A DNA stretch of 63,584 nucleotides, counting the filler, from Syncephalis fuscata S228 (Eukaryota; Fungi; Zoopagomycota): NCBI GenBank assembly GCA_025786725.1. It is 3 parts of 3 records of this genome, joined end to end, with 100 filler letters (N's around TTAATTAATTAA, not from the genome) between each part and the next. Parts side by side here need not be neighbours in the genome. Positions count along the whole stretch, not along the records: positions 24,667 to 51,437 come from JAHLTZ010000109.1; 2 more parts are not named here. One strand, given 5' to 3'. Both the position numbers and the translations under genes were made by a program. The notes under the pieces are model-generated. The model was given only the letters and a program-made list of their open reading frames with translations, had not been told where the DNA came from and did no database searches. This document shows, piece by piece, positions 36,906 through 51,537 of the stretch. Positions within the stretch are counted from its first letter, which is position 1, and the number at the start of each line of letters is the position of its first letter.

Positions 36906-37595
36906 GGCTGTAGTTGAAATCAATGTACTACACATGATTGGTGTGGCAATAATTAAATTAGTAGCGCTTAGTACAAGTCGATTGACCAAGCAAAGTAGCG
37001 ACTTTCGCAACTGTATTACGGTAAATAATGGTAGTAATAATAATAATAATAAAAAGGCAGAGAGGCAGAAAGTGAGAAAAGAAACAAAAAGATGAGCTAT
37101 GATCGTGCCTTCAAGGATATACCATTTCTATCTAAAGAAAGCCCCAGCATATGATGGCCAATCAATATATTAAGGCAAATGAAGATCATTCGGATAATTG
37201 TACGCCAATGCGAACAAATAGCCATTTTCGGCCGTGCAAAAGGCTAAAAATACTATATTGGTAGAGAGTTGCATTACAGCCGTATTTGTATAACTTCAAT
37301 AGGCATTAAAAATATTATATGCATGGCAACAGTAGTAGATAGTTTGTAGATTGATTTTAATAAACTAGTTAAACGCAAAATTGTAGATTAAAAGTATGAA
37401 TTGTTAGTAATAACTATGCCAACAGATAGTCTTGATTACTATATTAATTAATTTATTAATAGTGGCTTTAGTAAAACATAAAATAATTATAAGCGTGCTA
37501 TTAATTAGTAAAGAGTGGATTAGCACGACTTTGATATAAAATATTACTGAATAATCATAAGCAAGAAAGAAGGAATAGTTTAAATTACACAACAA

Positions 37596-40500
37596 TTATC
37601 GTAGTTTTGATTCAATATTTGAACTTAGTGGCGACAGCGAAGGTCGGTCTCTTGATGTCGAGTCATTTTGCCCATTCTGTCGCACAATAACTGTATTTTG
37701 ATCAAATTCCGTCTCCTGTCTTCCTGATTGATCAGGATTCACCACATGAAGTGATCTGGGCAATAGTCCGCGGCCGAATGTTGAAGCAGGTGTACCTGTA
37801 GCATCGACTGCAGCCCCTGTCGCTCCCGTTACCCATGGTGCTGATGGTAACGGCGCAAGAACATCATCGGTGCCTATATTATCTTGCTGGGCTGCCCATC
37901 TCATAATACCTTGCCCGGATGGAGGCATAGACAATGGCCGAGCACTTTGTGGTGCTGATTCAGATGACTGTATTTCAGAGTTAAATCCACTGCCATCCAA
38001 ATCACCATCTATACTATTAAGTGACGCTATATCTACTCAAACTAGTTAGTTACTATATTTACAGGCGTATATAAAAACTATTTACCTGATGTTATCGGCA
38101 ATTCTACATTTGAATCCAATTCAATGCCTGTTATTTAATGTTAATAAATTGCATACCATTAACCAATAAACACTCGTTGATAATTACCTTGAATACCATA
38201 GTACGTAGAGTACACTTTATTGGTGGATCGTTCCCCACCGCGACTAGATTCTTTATCAACTAAATAATTATAAATGAGATAATGCAAAGTAGTTTCTGAT
38301 TATCCCTGCTAACCTTTGCTGTTATCTTTCTCGTCATCGTCGTTATCATCAGGCGGACGATCACTCCAAGAAGCTGGATGAGTCACGTAAATGGGTAACT
38401 CGACCGTCAAATCTTTACTATTAAAAAGCATTATTAGTTTAATATAAATATAAACTAATCTAATTGCTATTACCTAAATTGCATCTGAAGTGCTATCTGT
38501 AGAATATGACTAACATTTAATAGAGTTGTATTCCGTAATGATATTGTATTGCTCTATTATTATAAAGTTAAAAAAGCTCTACTTATCATTATAATAAGAC
38601 TTACCGGCACAGGCAGTGATAGTGTAACTTCCCGCTCTTCATCTGGTTCAAAGCGCCAGTCGTCGCCTTTATAAATACGCTCAGCTACCAGTCGGGAATT
38701 TGAATCAAGCACAGATTGTGTCTGCTGCGCCAATTCGCCTTCTATACGTGCTTCCCGCTTTGTTTTAACACGATGCCAAAGCGAAAACCGAATACTATTA
38801 ACCTATAACACTTGTTAATCACGCTTGCTTATTACATAAGTTATTAATAAATAATTACCCGTTTTTTCGTATGATTACGAACACCTAGACGTACGTAGAC
38901 TAGACCACCCGCCGATACTAAGCGACGCGTAGATTCGGCCACACAAGAAAGATGGCCATCGCCACCAAGAAAGGCTCGTTTACGAGCTTCAGCACGGACT
39001 CGTTCATTGCGTGCTTGTTTTACTTCTTCCGGCGACCATCGTTCATAAATGCAAACAGACCGGGTATGGGCAATTGTTTCCGCTCGATTACCTGAAGCAC
39101 AAACTTGTGCCGCACTATATAACATAAACAAATAAATAAATACCATATCCATGATTTAAGTAAATGACTAATTACCAAGCAATGACATATCGAATAGAAC
39201 CAGCTTTTGAACGAAAACTACTGGGTAATTTATCAGACAACGAAAAGGCAAATTGAAGTGTAGTCGTCGTCTTGCGTGCCTGCCAATAGCCATCTCGATC
39301 TAATAGCCATTTTATAATTATTAATTAACTAAGTAATATAACAATGTACTTTTTATTACCTGGTGGTAAACTGCGTACAACCGCATCACAAGGCGATGAT
39401 GATTCATGCAATAAATTACGTGCACGATAAAATAAACGACGCCGTCCACCAATTGTACTACTCATCATAGCATCTGATGTCACCTCTAAATATAAATACA
39501 CAACCTATTAATGCAACAATAGCTAATACACTATTTTAATTACCTTCGATACCAATTACTTCAATTGAAATCTCCCCAATACGCACCGATGACGATTGAC
39601 ACTGAATTTCTGCCCTGCCCGTCACCATACCGCCAGCACAGAAGAAGGGCCGGTCAAAACGCATCGATAGTTTGAATTTACCATTCTTTGATGTAGGCCG
39701 TGCCACTAATAGTGTAGACACCGCTGGACCGTCACCATCGTTGTTATTACCACCATTTGTAGCAAGTGCTTCAACGGTGCCATTTGAATGCGCTTCACGC
39801 GTACGTTGACCCGGATCAGGCAATGGGCTAGCAATGGTGGGTCGATCCGACCGACTAATTAGTGGAAAAGCCAGTGGTACCTGCGATGTTTGGGCACCCG
39901 CTACTGATTGTACAAATACCGTCGATGGCCGCGATGAAGCCGCCGATGACGATGAATGCCGTGGCCGTAAATCAGGCCGTGGTGGCAATGATGATACAGA
40001 ATCACGCGGTGAATATTCGGTCGATGTAGGCTCTGAATCTCTCGATGTCGTTCTAGATGGATTGCGTAACAGTTGATCATCAATAATATCGAGTGAAATA
40101 GGCGAAAATGGTCTTGGTAATTCCCCTTGGCTCATATGTCGCGGTCTATATTGCTGTAACGACGAAGCAATCGGTATTGTTGAAGTATTTGCTGGTAATT
40201 GATCTGATGATACAACACGTCGATGATTTGGACTATGCGTAGTATGACTGCTATTAGCCGTATAAGCATAAGATGTGGCACTATCATTTCTATGCACCAT
40301 AGAAGAATCAATACTGTCTCGATAACCAGTAGATATAGGCGATATAGCCGTAGATCGATCATAAAAGTGTTGAGGTTGTTGATAGTGCATCACTGTACTA
40401 TTTTGATCAGTATAATTTACTCCATTAGCAGTAGTATATTGTTGTTGTGGATAGTTTGAATAAGAAGAGAGTGGATAGGATACTTGTGAGAAGGCAACCG

Positions 40501-41335
40501 TTGATACAGGTGGTGATACAGTAGATTGACGATGAATACCTCCATTCATATGATTATGACTATTAATACGGTCATCAAAACTATCATTATCGTCACCGCT
40601 TGTTTCATGTCGTTGAAGTGATGACACAGAATAGCGTGAATTTAAATGACCAACATAATGACTAGATGCTGAGGATGAAGCAGGAAATGGTGCTGAAGAA
40701 TATGGCTCATTCGCTGCAGTTGTCGTCGTAGTAGACGGTGTTGGTCGTGGTGGCAATGCAGACCAATGCCCATTAGACTGTGTCGCTGTAGGTCCATTAT
40801 AATTCGATACATGATTTGTGACTGGATAAGGTGCAGTATATGACATGGGACGGTGTCGATGACCCATCTCATTAGAAGGCGTAGATGCTTCATAAAATGG
40901 ATGTGAATGCTCATTGACTGCTGAATGTCGATAATAATTATGGGATGGATCAGATACAGGTGGGGCCATGTCATTAGATGTGTATGGTGTTGTTAACGGT
41001 GTTTCATTTGATAATTGATTAGTATAATGATCAGATGACGTTAAGTTATTAATATGGCTATTAATATGGTTACTATTGATATTATTGACTGTTCTGTCCT
41101 CAGATACAGTATTGTTTGAATGAATAGATGGATAATTACCAGATGATACAGATATTCTTGATAATTGATCATTACCTATACGTACCTGTTCATTTGGTAA
41201 TTGATAAGGTGGGCGAGAAGAAATTGATGTTGGTGTAGTTGTTGTTGTTGTAGCAGTTATTGCAGCAGGTGCCATATTATCCCGCGAATATAATCGCGGT
41301 GATATTGGTTGTGGTTCTTCATTGATACTTGACAT
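37596..41335 (-). CDS. Alpha-arrestin-like protein with a long disordered N-terminus
   Basis: FKLSMRFDRPFFCAGGMVTGRAEI, FSLSDKLPSSFRSKAGSIRYVI, VRLGVRNHTKKRV and SIRNTTLLNVSHILQI..DLTVELPIYV match arrestin N and C folds. Confidence 0.8.
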
Positions 41336-41695
41336 CAAAGTTTGAATAATAAATTAATACAAAACTATTACATCATAATAAATCATATTAGCCTTCATTA
41401 CGTTACACAACACATGAAAAAGTCTACAAATGAATACAGGAATATTGCCAAGAATTAACGAGTTAACCGTTTATCTTGTCATCTCTAATGAATAGCTATA
41501 TTCAATGAATGTACACTATAGAGTATATACAAGCTCAAAAAGGAGAATATTGTTTGTTTAGCGTTGTTATTGTTACTAATAAGCAATGCAACACACTATT
41601 ATAATAATAGCCCTACTAGACTATAACAATTGTCATCGTCTATAGTTATACTATTATATTGTTTAATAAAAGCTATTAAAACAATAGAATGACTT

Positions 41696-41696
<1 letters not shown>

Positions 41697-41728
<32 letters not shown>
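41697..41728. repeat. (TAG)n microsatellite
   Basis: About 10 perfect tag units. Confidence 0.85.
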
Positions 41729-43777
41729 CTATTACTGTCATAGTAGTAGCTATTGTAATAATAGCAACAGCTCTATTAATACACCAATAAAGAATATCCA
41801 CACCATACATAATAGTAATAAAAAGTACCTACATTTATTAGTAGTAACCTCTGATATATCCACGAATATTGCTAGAAGCAAAGCGTAAAGTGGTCAGTCT
41901 GTACTATTGAAAGCGTATATACTCAGTGGAAAGCGAAAGACAAAGAATAAGCACAAGTTGATTGAAAGGGAGAAAAAAGAAAGTGTGCTGGTGACGTTTG
42001 TTCTAAATCATCACTCATTATTACTATAGTCATTACAATTCATCTGTTTATTATTGTTATGGTGGTTGGTGGCTATTAGATGACCTCCATAGACACAGTA
42101 ATGGATATCCATAACAATAACCCTGGGTTGTGTATCTGGTGAAGGTCGCGTGTCACTCAACCAATAGTCATAGAGGCATATGGGTGTTCACGTGCCTATC
42201 AAATCTAAATAGTGTTTAAACTTGTCATTCATCTAACAATATATCTATATACATTTATATATCTATGTATATATAGATGCCATTGGCAGCCACGCTTTCT
42301 ATATCGGAGTTTGGATCTATTTTTTACTTTCGGAATTGTTAACTTTTATTTTCTCTTTACTTCATTGGCAGTCCATTCCTTTGCATTCATTCGCCTTATG
42401 GTAGCTATTTTTGACTCTACCATGCCATGCTTCGTTTGGTAAACAACACCGCTTTTTCACACCATTGCCACATACAGATCGACCATAGCATTCACCTTGT
42501 TAGCCATATCCATTGCATTCGTCAGTGTTGTTTAAATCTTGTTTCTCTAGCTGTTATTTGTTGATTGTGCTTTTTAGTGTATATATATAGTCAATATATA
42601 TATATATTGATATAGTACGGTACGGCACGGCACGGCAACGACGCAATCACTGCGGCCATCGATATCGGCACACGCGTCAATAGCTGCTGTTTCGTTTCCA
42701 CTCTCTCCTCAAACCTGGTAAGAAACCGTTGTATTTTATTGACAAAGGTAGTGACAATAGACTGGCCTCGTTGTAGTCGATGGCCTGAAAGGCGTTTTTA
42801 AAACTTAATCGTTACAGAATGTTTAGAATAATTGTGCGTAAAAGTAGATATACCTGTATATGCTCGGTAAATGTCTGTGTGTGCATACATCGATGACTAT
42901 CGGCATAGTAACTGCCTTGATCGTCATAATAGTCATTATGCCGGGTAAATACACTTACACCCACGCTCATCCATTCACTTAATAATCAGAGGCATTTTTA
43001 CACCTTTGATACTCGATCGTAAAAATGATGGGAAAGTGATGCACGTGTTAGTAATAGAGGCACACTATTGAGCATTAATCCACTCTGTCAATACCACATT
43101 GTTTTTTGCCGTTGTTACTCGTTCTTTCACGCTCAAGGTGTGTTTCTTTTCGCCTGAATTATTGTTGTTCGCTATTTATTCGTCTAGCTGTCTGCCTATC
43201 AACCAACCAATTAACTGCTTCTCCTTGTTTCCTTCTTTGCTCAACGCTGCATTTATTATATGAAACAATTAGCGTCAAGTCAACTATCCATCTCTTTTCA
43301 ATTCTAATCTCGCCGTATTGCTACTGTTAACAACACTACTCATATCTTTATCGCCTGTTCTTATACCGCGGTAGTGAAGATTGCAGGCCAATTCTTCCCC
43401 TTTCGCTTCCACTACTACTTCTATTATTAGTACTAGTTCTATAGTACCACCTTCTCCTTTTGGTGATCAGGGCATTTTACTTTTCATTCTTTTCCCGTAA
43501 CAACATCCTTAAGCATTCTTTGAATTGTATGTATTGCACATGTTTTAACTGATCGCTAACCAACCAACCAACCACTAATCAATATATGCTATGTATATAG
43601 GACGTTTTACCCGTGTCCTCTCCTACACTCCTGCATATCCAGTGTTTCGACACAGCAACCTTGGTCGCTACCATCTTCAACTACCATAGCAATCGCATAG
43701 GCATACATCGGCAGAATTTGGCTTGCCATACTATTTCTTATTTCCTTATTTCCATCGTGCTAGTGCTGCCCTCCATC

Positions 43778-46715
43778 ATGGTAGCACAGTTTTATCAATT
43801 ATGGCGATTTAGGAAATTGTCGGAAGGTTGTTCTATAATGAATGGCCGCCTAGTTATGCTATTGTTCGCCATTCTAATCGTCACAATGACGACGCCGATT
43901 AAAGCCGAGATGATTAATAGCTCGATTTTTGTTCCGTGTTCGTCCAATTCTATTTTATCAGTTGAAACGTTGAGTTACAACTACGATACATCCAGCGATA
44001 GCATTAGTATTTCAGTGTCCGGCATAGCAAATGAAGATTTGACAGGTTTTGATGGCAAACACAATGGACGAGTCGAATTGGCTATGCAGTCATTTGGCGG
44101 TCTAGAACAGACGGTTAGTCTAGGTGCCACTTGTGACCTATTTAGTCAATGTCCAAATGGACGTGGACCGGCTATTCCTAAAGGTGCATGGTCATTAGTA
44201 AAAGTAAGCCTTTTTAAATATTAATACTAACAATACTAATAATATCCTATTTGTTGTTATAGAATGACATTTCACTTGCCACACCTATTCCATGGATTGA
44301 TTATAATATTACTTTTCGTATGCCGGTTGAATCGGGTAAAGGCAATTATGTCTGTGCAACTATTCCAATCACCCAAAAAAACGCCGCCTATAATAAATTA
44401 GCCGGCCAAATATCTGCAGCATTCCCACCTTTGGCCTTAGCTGCTGGCGTTCTAGACTCCTATTTGGGCCATGAATACAGTTTATTAACATTTGTTATGG
44501 GTGATGGTTCATCGTTTCGATTGCCTGGATTCTTTGATTTATGGGAACATGCTCAATGGGTCACTATGACGGGTATGTTGGGTGCTCATTATACAGGGCC
44601 ATATGAATCATTTGTCAGTGGATTTGGATGGAGTTTCTTCAATTGGAACATTCCATTTATTGATAGTATAGCTGGTAAATCAATTGCTCAGCCAGATCTG
44701 CCATCTGTTACCTCTTCTTCAGTAATTGGTAATAGTAATGCCGGATCAACCGCAAAGGCAAGTACAAACGGTGCAACTGTAGCTCATTTGGTAGCCCGTC
44801 AAACATTGCCAGCTTGTTCACCTAGTAATGCTGGTCCAGCTGGTTCTTGTCAAGACTCAACGCATTGCTGTAGCATTTCTGGCTATTGCGGTACTGGTGC
44901 GAGTTATTGTGGCCCTGGTAGTGGTCCAGCTCGTAATAGTCAACAATCACCATCATCTTCTACGACACCATCTTCGGCAAATTCGCCAAAAGCACCGACA
45001 AACATTAATGGATCCGATTCTATTAATCAGAATGGGCCGGCAAGCGATAATGAAGCTTTACCGTATTCAAGCTCTCGTTCTGGCATTGCTGCATATGCTA
45101 ACTCGTTGAGCATTGCGGTTGATCGACTTGTACACGTAACATTCTATACGTTTATTATGGTCATAGTTATATTTTTAATTCTGGCCGGATTCGGTATATT
45201 AATTTATGAGCGAGTTCATGAATATCGCGGTGTATCGGCCAAGACATGGCCTAAAATAAGCGTTATTATCGATGCAGCTATCGGTATTCTATTACGTATT
45301 GTAATATTGGCATTTGTGCCATTATTACTTACTTCTATACATTATTTGGCACTACCCTCACCTAGTCAGTTTGGTACAGGTGGTGTAGCTATTGGATCGG
45401 TTGTTGTTATGATTTTAGTGTGTGGTCCCATCTATTTACTTTTCCTTCTTTTTACTCGACACTCACCTACCGCTCTATTTGAATCATCGGCGTATTTACT
45501 TCGTATGGGACCGTTGTTTAACACATTTGTCGCTGGCCGTATCCACTATGCTGTAGTGCCTATTGCTCGTCGTATGGCCTATGCAATCATTATTGGTGCT
45601 GGGCAAAAAAGCGGCATTGCTCAACTTGTCTGTTTAGTGCTACTAGAAGTCGGACTGGTCCTTGTAGAAATGTGGCTTGTTCCTCGTTCCTCGTCATTTG
45701 GCAATCAATTGGCAGCTAGTAACGGTATGCTCCGCACCATTGGCTGGCTATTTATCATTCCGCTATTGCCTACCGTATCGTTGAGTGAAGGAAAACGACA
45801 AGCTACTATATTTGCATTTGTACTGTTTCATCTGATACTAATGCTCATCTGGCTAATACTTATTATACGTTCTTTGGTTAAAATACTTTTGCACTATCGC
45901 CAACAAACGATGTTCAAAGGTGCTAATGCCAATGGTGGTCGTCAAATGCCCAATATACGCCATCCACTGCATCAAATCAATCGTGAGGAAGAAAGCTTAA
46001 GCAGTGAACAATTGGCCGGCAATGGTACAGGCAATGCAGGCAGTCCAATGACTGTGGGTGACTTTGAATTCATTGTAAGAGATGGCGGTGATTCATTTGA
46101 CCGATATCATCCACCCACGGCACGATTCAGCAATATGCCACGAATGAGTGTTGTATCCGGTGCTTATAGTGTATCTAATTCAGGTGAACCATCCGGCAAT
46201 AATGCTGTTAGTGGCGGACAGCGCCATCATCATCAACGTGAAGGTAGTCAAACGCTATCGATAGAATCATCGCCAGCGTCACGACCACGTCGACAAAGTG
46301 ATTCAGACTTTTTACGTTCAAGTACACCTACAACTACCGATGCACTTATTGGCCCATCACGTGGTTATATTACTGATGGTACAGGCGGATCATCAATGCG
46401 TTCCTACCCAGATAGAGCAGGTACACCTGGTTATGCGGATATGAATGAGTATGGTGACCAGGTGGCGATATGATGGGTGACGACGATGTTCACTCTCAAG
46501 GTGACGAGCTATTCTATTATGGTGGTGGTGAAGTGCCCAATGCCGCAGAAGATGCAACGGGCGCGGCCAGTGCCAATCAACCTCGATTAATGCCGGCCTT
46601 TTTGCGGCAACATGATGCTCAGGAGAGTTCCGGTGATGAAATGGCCTCGCCAGCACAAGCCACATTTCCTCGTTACATGAAACGAGCAACTACAGAGACA
46701 CAAAACCGTATATAA
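43778..46715 (+). CDS. FLC/Pkd2-type TRP-like membrane protein with ML-like N-domain and inserted chitin-binding (hevein/CBM18-like) module
   Basis: Signal peptide and Cys-containing ML-like domain. TRP-family segments include PGFFDLWEHAQWVTMTGMLGAHYTGPYESFVSGFGWS, GIAAYANSLSI, MGPLFNTF and IIIGAGQKSGIAQLVCL. The inserted module is CQDSTHCCSISGYCGTGASYCGPG. A probable 1-nt indel near 46460 joins ORF 46470-46715. Confidence 0.82.
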
Positions 46716-47171
46716 TCACCTTCATCATCATCATCATAATAGCAATTACAATAGTAATAATAGTAAAAGTATTAATATTAATAATAGCAATCATTCTATC
46801 TTGGTATGATGGCTGTTACCCAACTACTCTTTATTTCCTTGCGCTGATCCTTTTTTTATGTTTTACTGCGTCTAGCATATATTTTTCAATGCAGTTTTTT
46901 TATCTACTATTCATGGCCCAGTTGATAACAATAGATTATTATATTATCTCTAATTAATAAGTAGTCATTAATGTACACGTGTGTTACTGTATGAACTATT
47001 CATTTATAAAAGTGTCGCGTATTATGCTAATTAATTATTCAATAAAGTTTTAGTAACTTGTGACATATTTCTCTCATTGCGTGTATATATATAATAAGGA
47101 TTTGTCCACAGTAAATAATCCACTAATTATTAGTAATCATTTAATGTGATTTAGTAGGTATAGCTAATTTA

Positions 47172-48047
47172 ATAATGTTTGCGCAACCAGTCCAATACAT
47201 ACTTTTAATAAAACATCAAGCTTATTTATTTATTTTATTTGTACGTATGGCTCAATAAGTAAGTTAATCAAAGTCTATTGGCAATTGAACTAGGAAGAAA
47301 TGGGCAACAGTTATGAATAGTGCATGACTATTACAAATAAATAATATGGAATAGAACAAATATACAATGGAAAGTGTGTGAATAGTTATGTTGAACTTAC
47401 GATGCATATATTGGTATTTCAAATTATTATACATAGAAAAGGTAATTTGCTGTAATTATAGCTATCAAAAAACGAAATATTAAACTTCTACACTGGTCAT
47501 GTTTACTAATAACAAATAATCCAATTTTGCAATGTTTATGAATATTGTGCGTCAATAGTAAAATTTTATGCATTGTAAATTTAACACTACTAGTTATATA
47601 TTTTCCATTTTATATTTGTTCTATTCCATATTATTTATTTTGTAATAGTCATGCACTATTCATAACTGTTGCCCATTTCTTCCTAGTTCAATTGCCAATA
47701 GACTTTGATTAGCTTACTTATTGAGCCATACGTACAAATAAAATAAATAAAATAAGTAGACATAAGCTTAATGCTTTATTAAAAATATGTATTGGACTGC
47801 TCGTTTATGTCTATTAATTGCTGGATTAGCCAATGTCAAATAAATCTGTATGGGACTGGTAGAAGGTTGAATAATACTATAATGCAAGTATCAATATTGC
47901 AATACTGCGAGAATGTAACGATATGTCTATTGTATAAAATAAGCATGATAATAGATTTATCATGTAATAAATTTGACGGCCGACATAACTCACTACTCGT
48001 CTCCATGTTCCATAGAACAAATGTGTAGTTAGTTGCGCGAACATTAT
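47172..48047. mobile_element. Non-autonomous foldback/MITE-like element with nested inverted repeats
   Basis: ~190-bp near-perfect inverted repeat (47188-47373 vs 47601-47799), plus an outer 16-bp inverted repeat ataatgtttgcgcaac / gttgcgcgaacattat. Confidence 0.75.
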
Positions 48048-48511
48048 AAATATATCCATTTGATCCCAAATCATACTGAGATTAATAGATTATTTATAAA
48101 CAACAGATTGTAAAATAGTGTTAAATGACACACAGTATTCATGCTGTACACATTTTATTAATAAATAAACTAAAAAGTAAATAATACATATATATAGTTT
48201 TATCGATAGAAATAGTTATTAGATAGCTATTTCTTATAAATAGGGTGGCAAAAAGTGCGCATTTAACAATTCTGAGCGTGGGAAAATCTAGATATTATAG
48301 TGAGCAAATATAGTAAAGCAGAAATTATACTTTATTCGATGACAAATTCTTATTCAAAGGCAATAATTGCGCATTGTGTTATTTGGTTATCTAATACAGT
48401 CTGGTGGTTGTGGCGTATTCTCTCTCCCCTTATATGCATGCGTAACCATGTATAACTAGCGATTCCCTCGCGATATCCTAATTAAACCGTTTCTTAGTAA
48501 TTTGTGACCAA

Positions 48512-51437
48512 TGGCAATAATTGCTCAAGAATACACAGCACCAAGTTATTTTGATAAACCAGTCAAAGTTGTCGATAAATAAGTCTGAATTGCCATAGCA
48601 TCTCTCTCTAGTAAGTCATCATTTGAATGCCTACCAAATCTTACTGAACTTCAACAAGATAGCACATCACTGCTCATATTTATCAAATACAGCTTGCAAG
48701 GTAACAGCAATAGTAGGCTTTTAAACACTGCAATAATAACGCATTAATTGTCAAAACAACCAAATAGACCGATAGCTACGTCCAATCTTTATAATTTTAG
48801 TTACACTCTATTTCATAACTGCTTTAAAGGTAATTAAGCTAGTAGTAAAACATTTATATGCTAATCAGAAATATACAATTAATGAAACACAGCATCAATT
48901 GGACCAATGCTTGATATTATCGTTGATAGCCATGACCAATATGCGAATGGACAATCGTTAAACATAGTAAAGATGCACGTTTATGGCATGATGTGTTCAA
49001 GTACGTGATTATTAAATAGCTATAGCCTACAATAACTATTGATAGGCTGTGAAGCATCTTTAACCAACGGATTGGAAATGCTGCCGGGTGTTTGCAAGGT
49101 ATTTGCCAGCTCGATGCTACAATTAGTCAAAGTTTCCTATGTCTCGACGCCAACATTAAATAACGAAGCTATTATTAATCAAATACGCACTATGGGCTAT
49201 GAAGCTGAAATGGCTGGAGACGATGAACCTTCTGCTACAACGTTGATTATCTATGGCTATCTATCGTCTTCACAGCAATTATCCTCGGGGTTGGTAGTCA
49301 ATGTATTAAAAAAGCAACCTGGAGTACATCAAGTAGAAGAACGTCGAGATACAAAATCTTTTGCTCTATCATTCAATTCTGGCCGTGCTCTTTCTTCTTC
49401 AAAGAATCCTCTTTACATTTACCATATTATTTATGATCTCGATATTACTGGCCCACGTACACTTTTGCGCGCTTTATCGCTTGCCGATATAAATGCTGGA
49501 CTACCAGAGCAAATGCCGATTAGTGATCGTACGCGAAAGCACCAGCATCGACGGCTTATGCTGTTACTGCTATGTTCTTTCTTTGCCATTCCAGCCATTG
49601 TTATTGAACTGATTTTTCCAAATATTCTTCAGCATCCTATGTATCGAGCACTTATGCCCCGTGACTGGCTAATGTTTGTATTAGGCACTATAGTTCAATT
49701 ATTTGTATGGCCGTTCTACTTGGCTACCTACCGTTCACTGCGCTATACACGACAAGTTACAATGGATGCTTTACTGACTCTTTCGACTACAGTTGGATAT
49801 GGCTTTTCATTGGCCGCCATTATTATAACAGCAGTCACTCTTGGTGATGTTCGTTTAGCCATGTTCTTTGACATGAATGCCATGCTGGTTATGTTCTTTT
49901 TATTAGGTCGGTATTTGCACAACTTTGGAAAATATAAAGCAGTTCGTGCACTATCAGAGTTGAAAGAACTACAAGCCAACACAGCACGCCTTATTCTAAA
50001 TAAACCCGATGTTTATTCATTTGGTGCAACACAGCCAGCAGGCTTTCCGGCAATAGCTGATGCTTCTAATGGAGTCAAAGCAATGGAACCTAATCCACAG
50101 TCTACAATAGCAGTAATCGATGAACCGCTCCAGTCAAAGATTATAGATATTCGTTTGGTGCAGCGCCACGATGAGCTTTTAGTACTGCCAGGTGAATCAA
50201 TTCCTGTTGATGGACTTGTATTAGATGGTTCAGGGGAAGCTGATGAGTCGCTCGTTACAGGGGAAGCCGTTCCTGTTGAGAAAAATCCTGGTATCCGAGT
50301 TACTGGTGGCACAATCTTAGTGACCGGACAGTTACGTATCCGTTGCGTAAAAGCTGCAACTGAGGGAACATTGGCCGAGATTGGGCGATTAATCGAATCG
50401 GCACAAGCATCGAAAATATCGGTGCAAAAACTGGCCGATCGTATTGCTATGATATTTTGCCCAGCGGCCATTGCATTTGCATTTCTTGTCCTATTCACTT
50501 GGCTGGGGCTGACTCTTGGAAATGTAGTGACTGATACGGAAAATCTACCACCTGTCATATTTTCGCTCAATTTCTTTATTGCTGTACTTGTTGTGGCATG
50601 TCCATGCGCCGTGTCATTGGGTAAGTGCTCTATTATTAACAAGTCTTTATCTCACCTTTTGTTAGCTGTCCTACTGTGCTGGTCGTGGCCACAGGTCTTG
50701 CATCAAAGCTTGGTTTTTGGTTCGTGATGGAAATGCATTTGAACAAGGCGCCAAGGTAACAGCTGTCGTATTCGACAAGACCGGCACACTTACCGAAGGA
50801 ACATTTAGTGTAGTAGCTGCTAGCGTATATTGCTTAAACAATACAGATAACCATGCTGGTTTTCATGAAATAATCGGTGCAGCCTCTACGGCCAGCCGAC
50901 ACCCAGTATCTCGGGCATTGACACGTCATTTTGCCAAATACGATGACCCGGAACAGAACGGAGTTGTAGACATGGTAGAAGTGCCAGGAGATGGTTACAC
51001 CTGTAAAATCAATGGTGAATTAATTGCAATTGGCAAGTCTGAATGGATTATTGCCAACTGGATCAACAGTCAAGATTGTATTGCAATTGATGCTTTAAGA
51101 AAATGGGCTGCTCAGCACGAAAAGAGAGGTAGTACTGGTGAGTAGATGTTGATGTATTAGTTTAGCTGTTTAATGTTAATACAACAATAGTTGTAGTAGC
51201 ATTAGTTGTAAATATTCTACATGCTTATGCACTTGAAGATAAGCCGCGGGACAATGCAGAAATGGTCGTTAAATGGCTTCACTCTCTAGGCAAACAAATA
51301 CACTTGGTGAGCGGCGATAATGTCGGCGCAGTTCATCGTCTTGCTTTGCGTGTAGGTATTGACATTGAACATGCACATGGAGCATGTCTACCTAGCGATA
51401 AAGTAAAAGCTATCGAACGTTTGCAAAATATGGGCCA
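48512..51437 (+). CDS. P1B-type heavy-metal (Cu) transporting ATPase, 3' truncated by the gap (start uncertain)
   Basis: HMA motif GMMCS|SC, TMDALLTLST, DESLVTGE, ACPCA, FDKTGTLT, SRHPVS, SGDN and PSDK. Confidence 0.93.
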
Positions 51438-51537
51438 NNNNNNNNNNNNNNNNNNNNNNNNNNNNNNNNNNNNNNNNNNNNTTAATTAATTAANNNNNNN
51501 NNNNNNNNNNNNNNNNNNNNNNNNNNNNNNNNNNNNN
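51438..51537. other. Artificial contig linker
   Basis: N44-TTAATTAATTAA-N44. Confidence 0.97.

Noticed and set aside
46470-46715. Separate 81-aa gene
   Set aside because: It overlaps the FLC stop and continues the same low-complexity tail, so it is best explained by a 1-nt indel.
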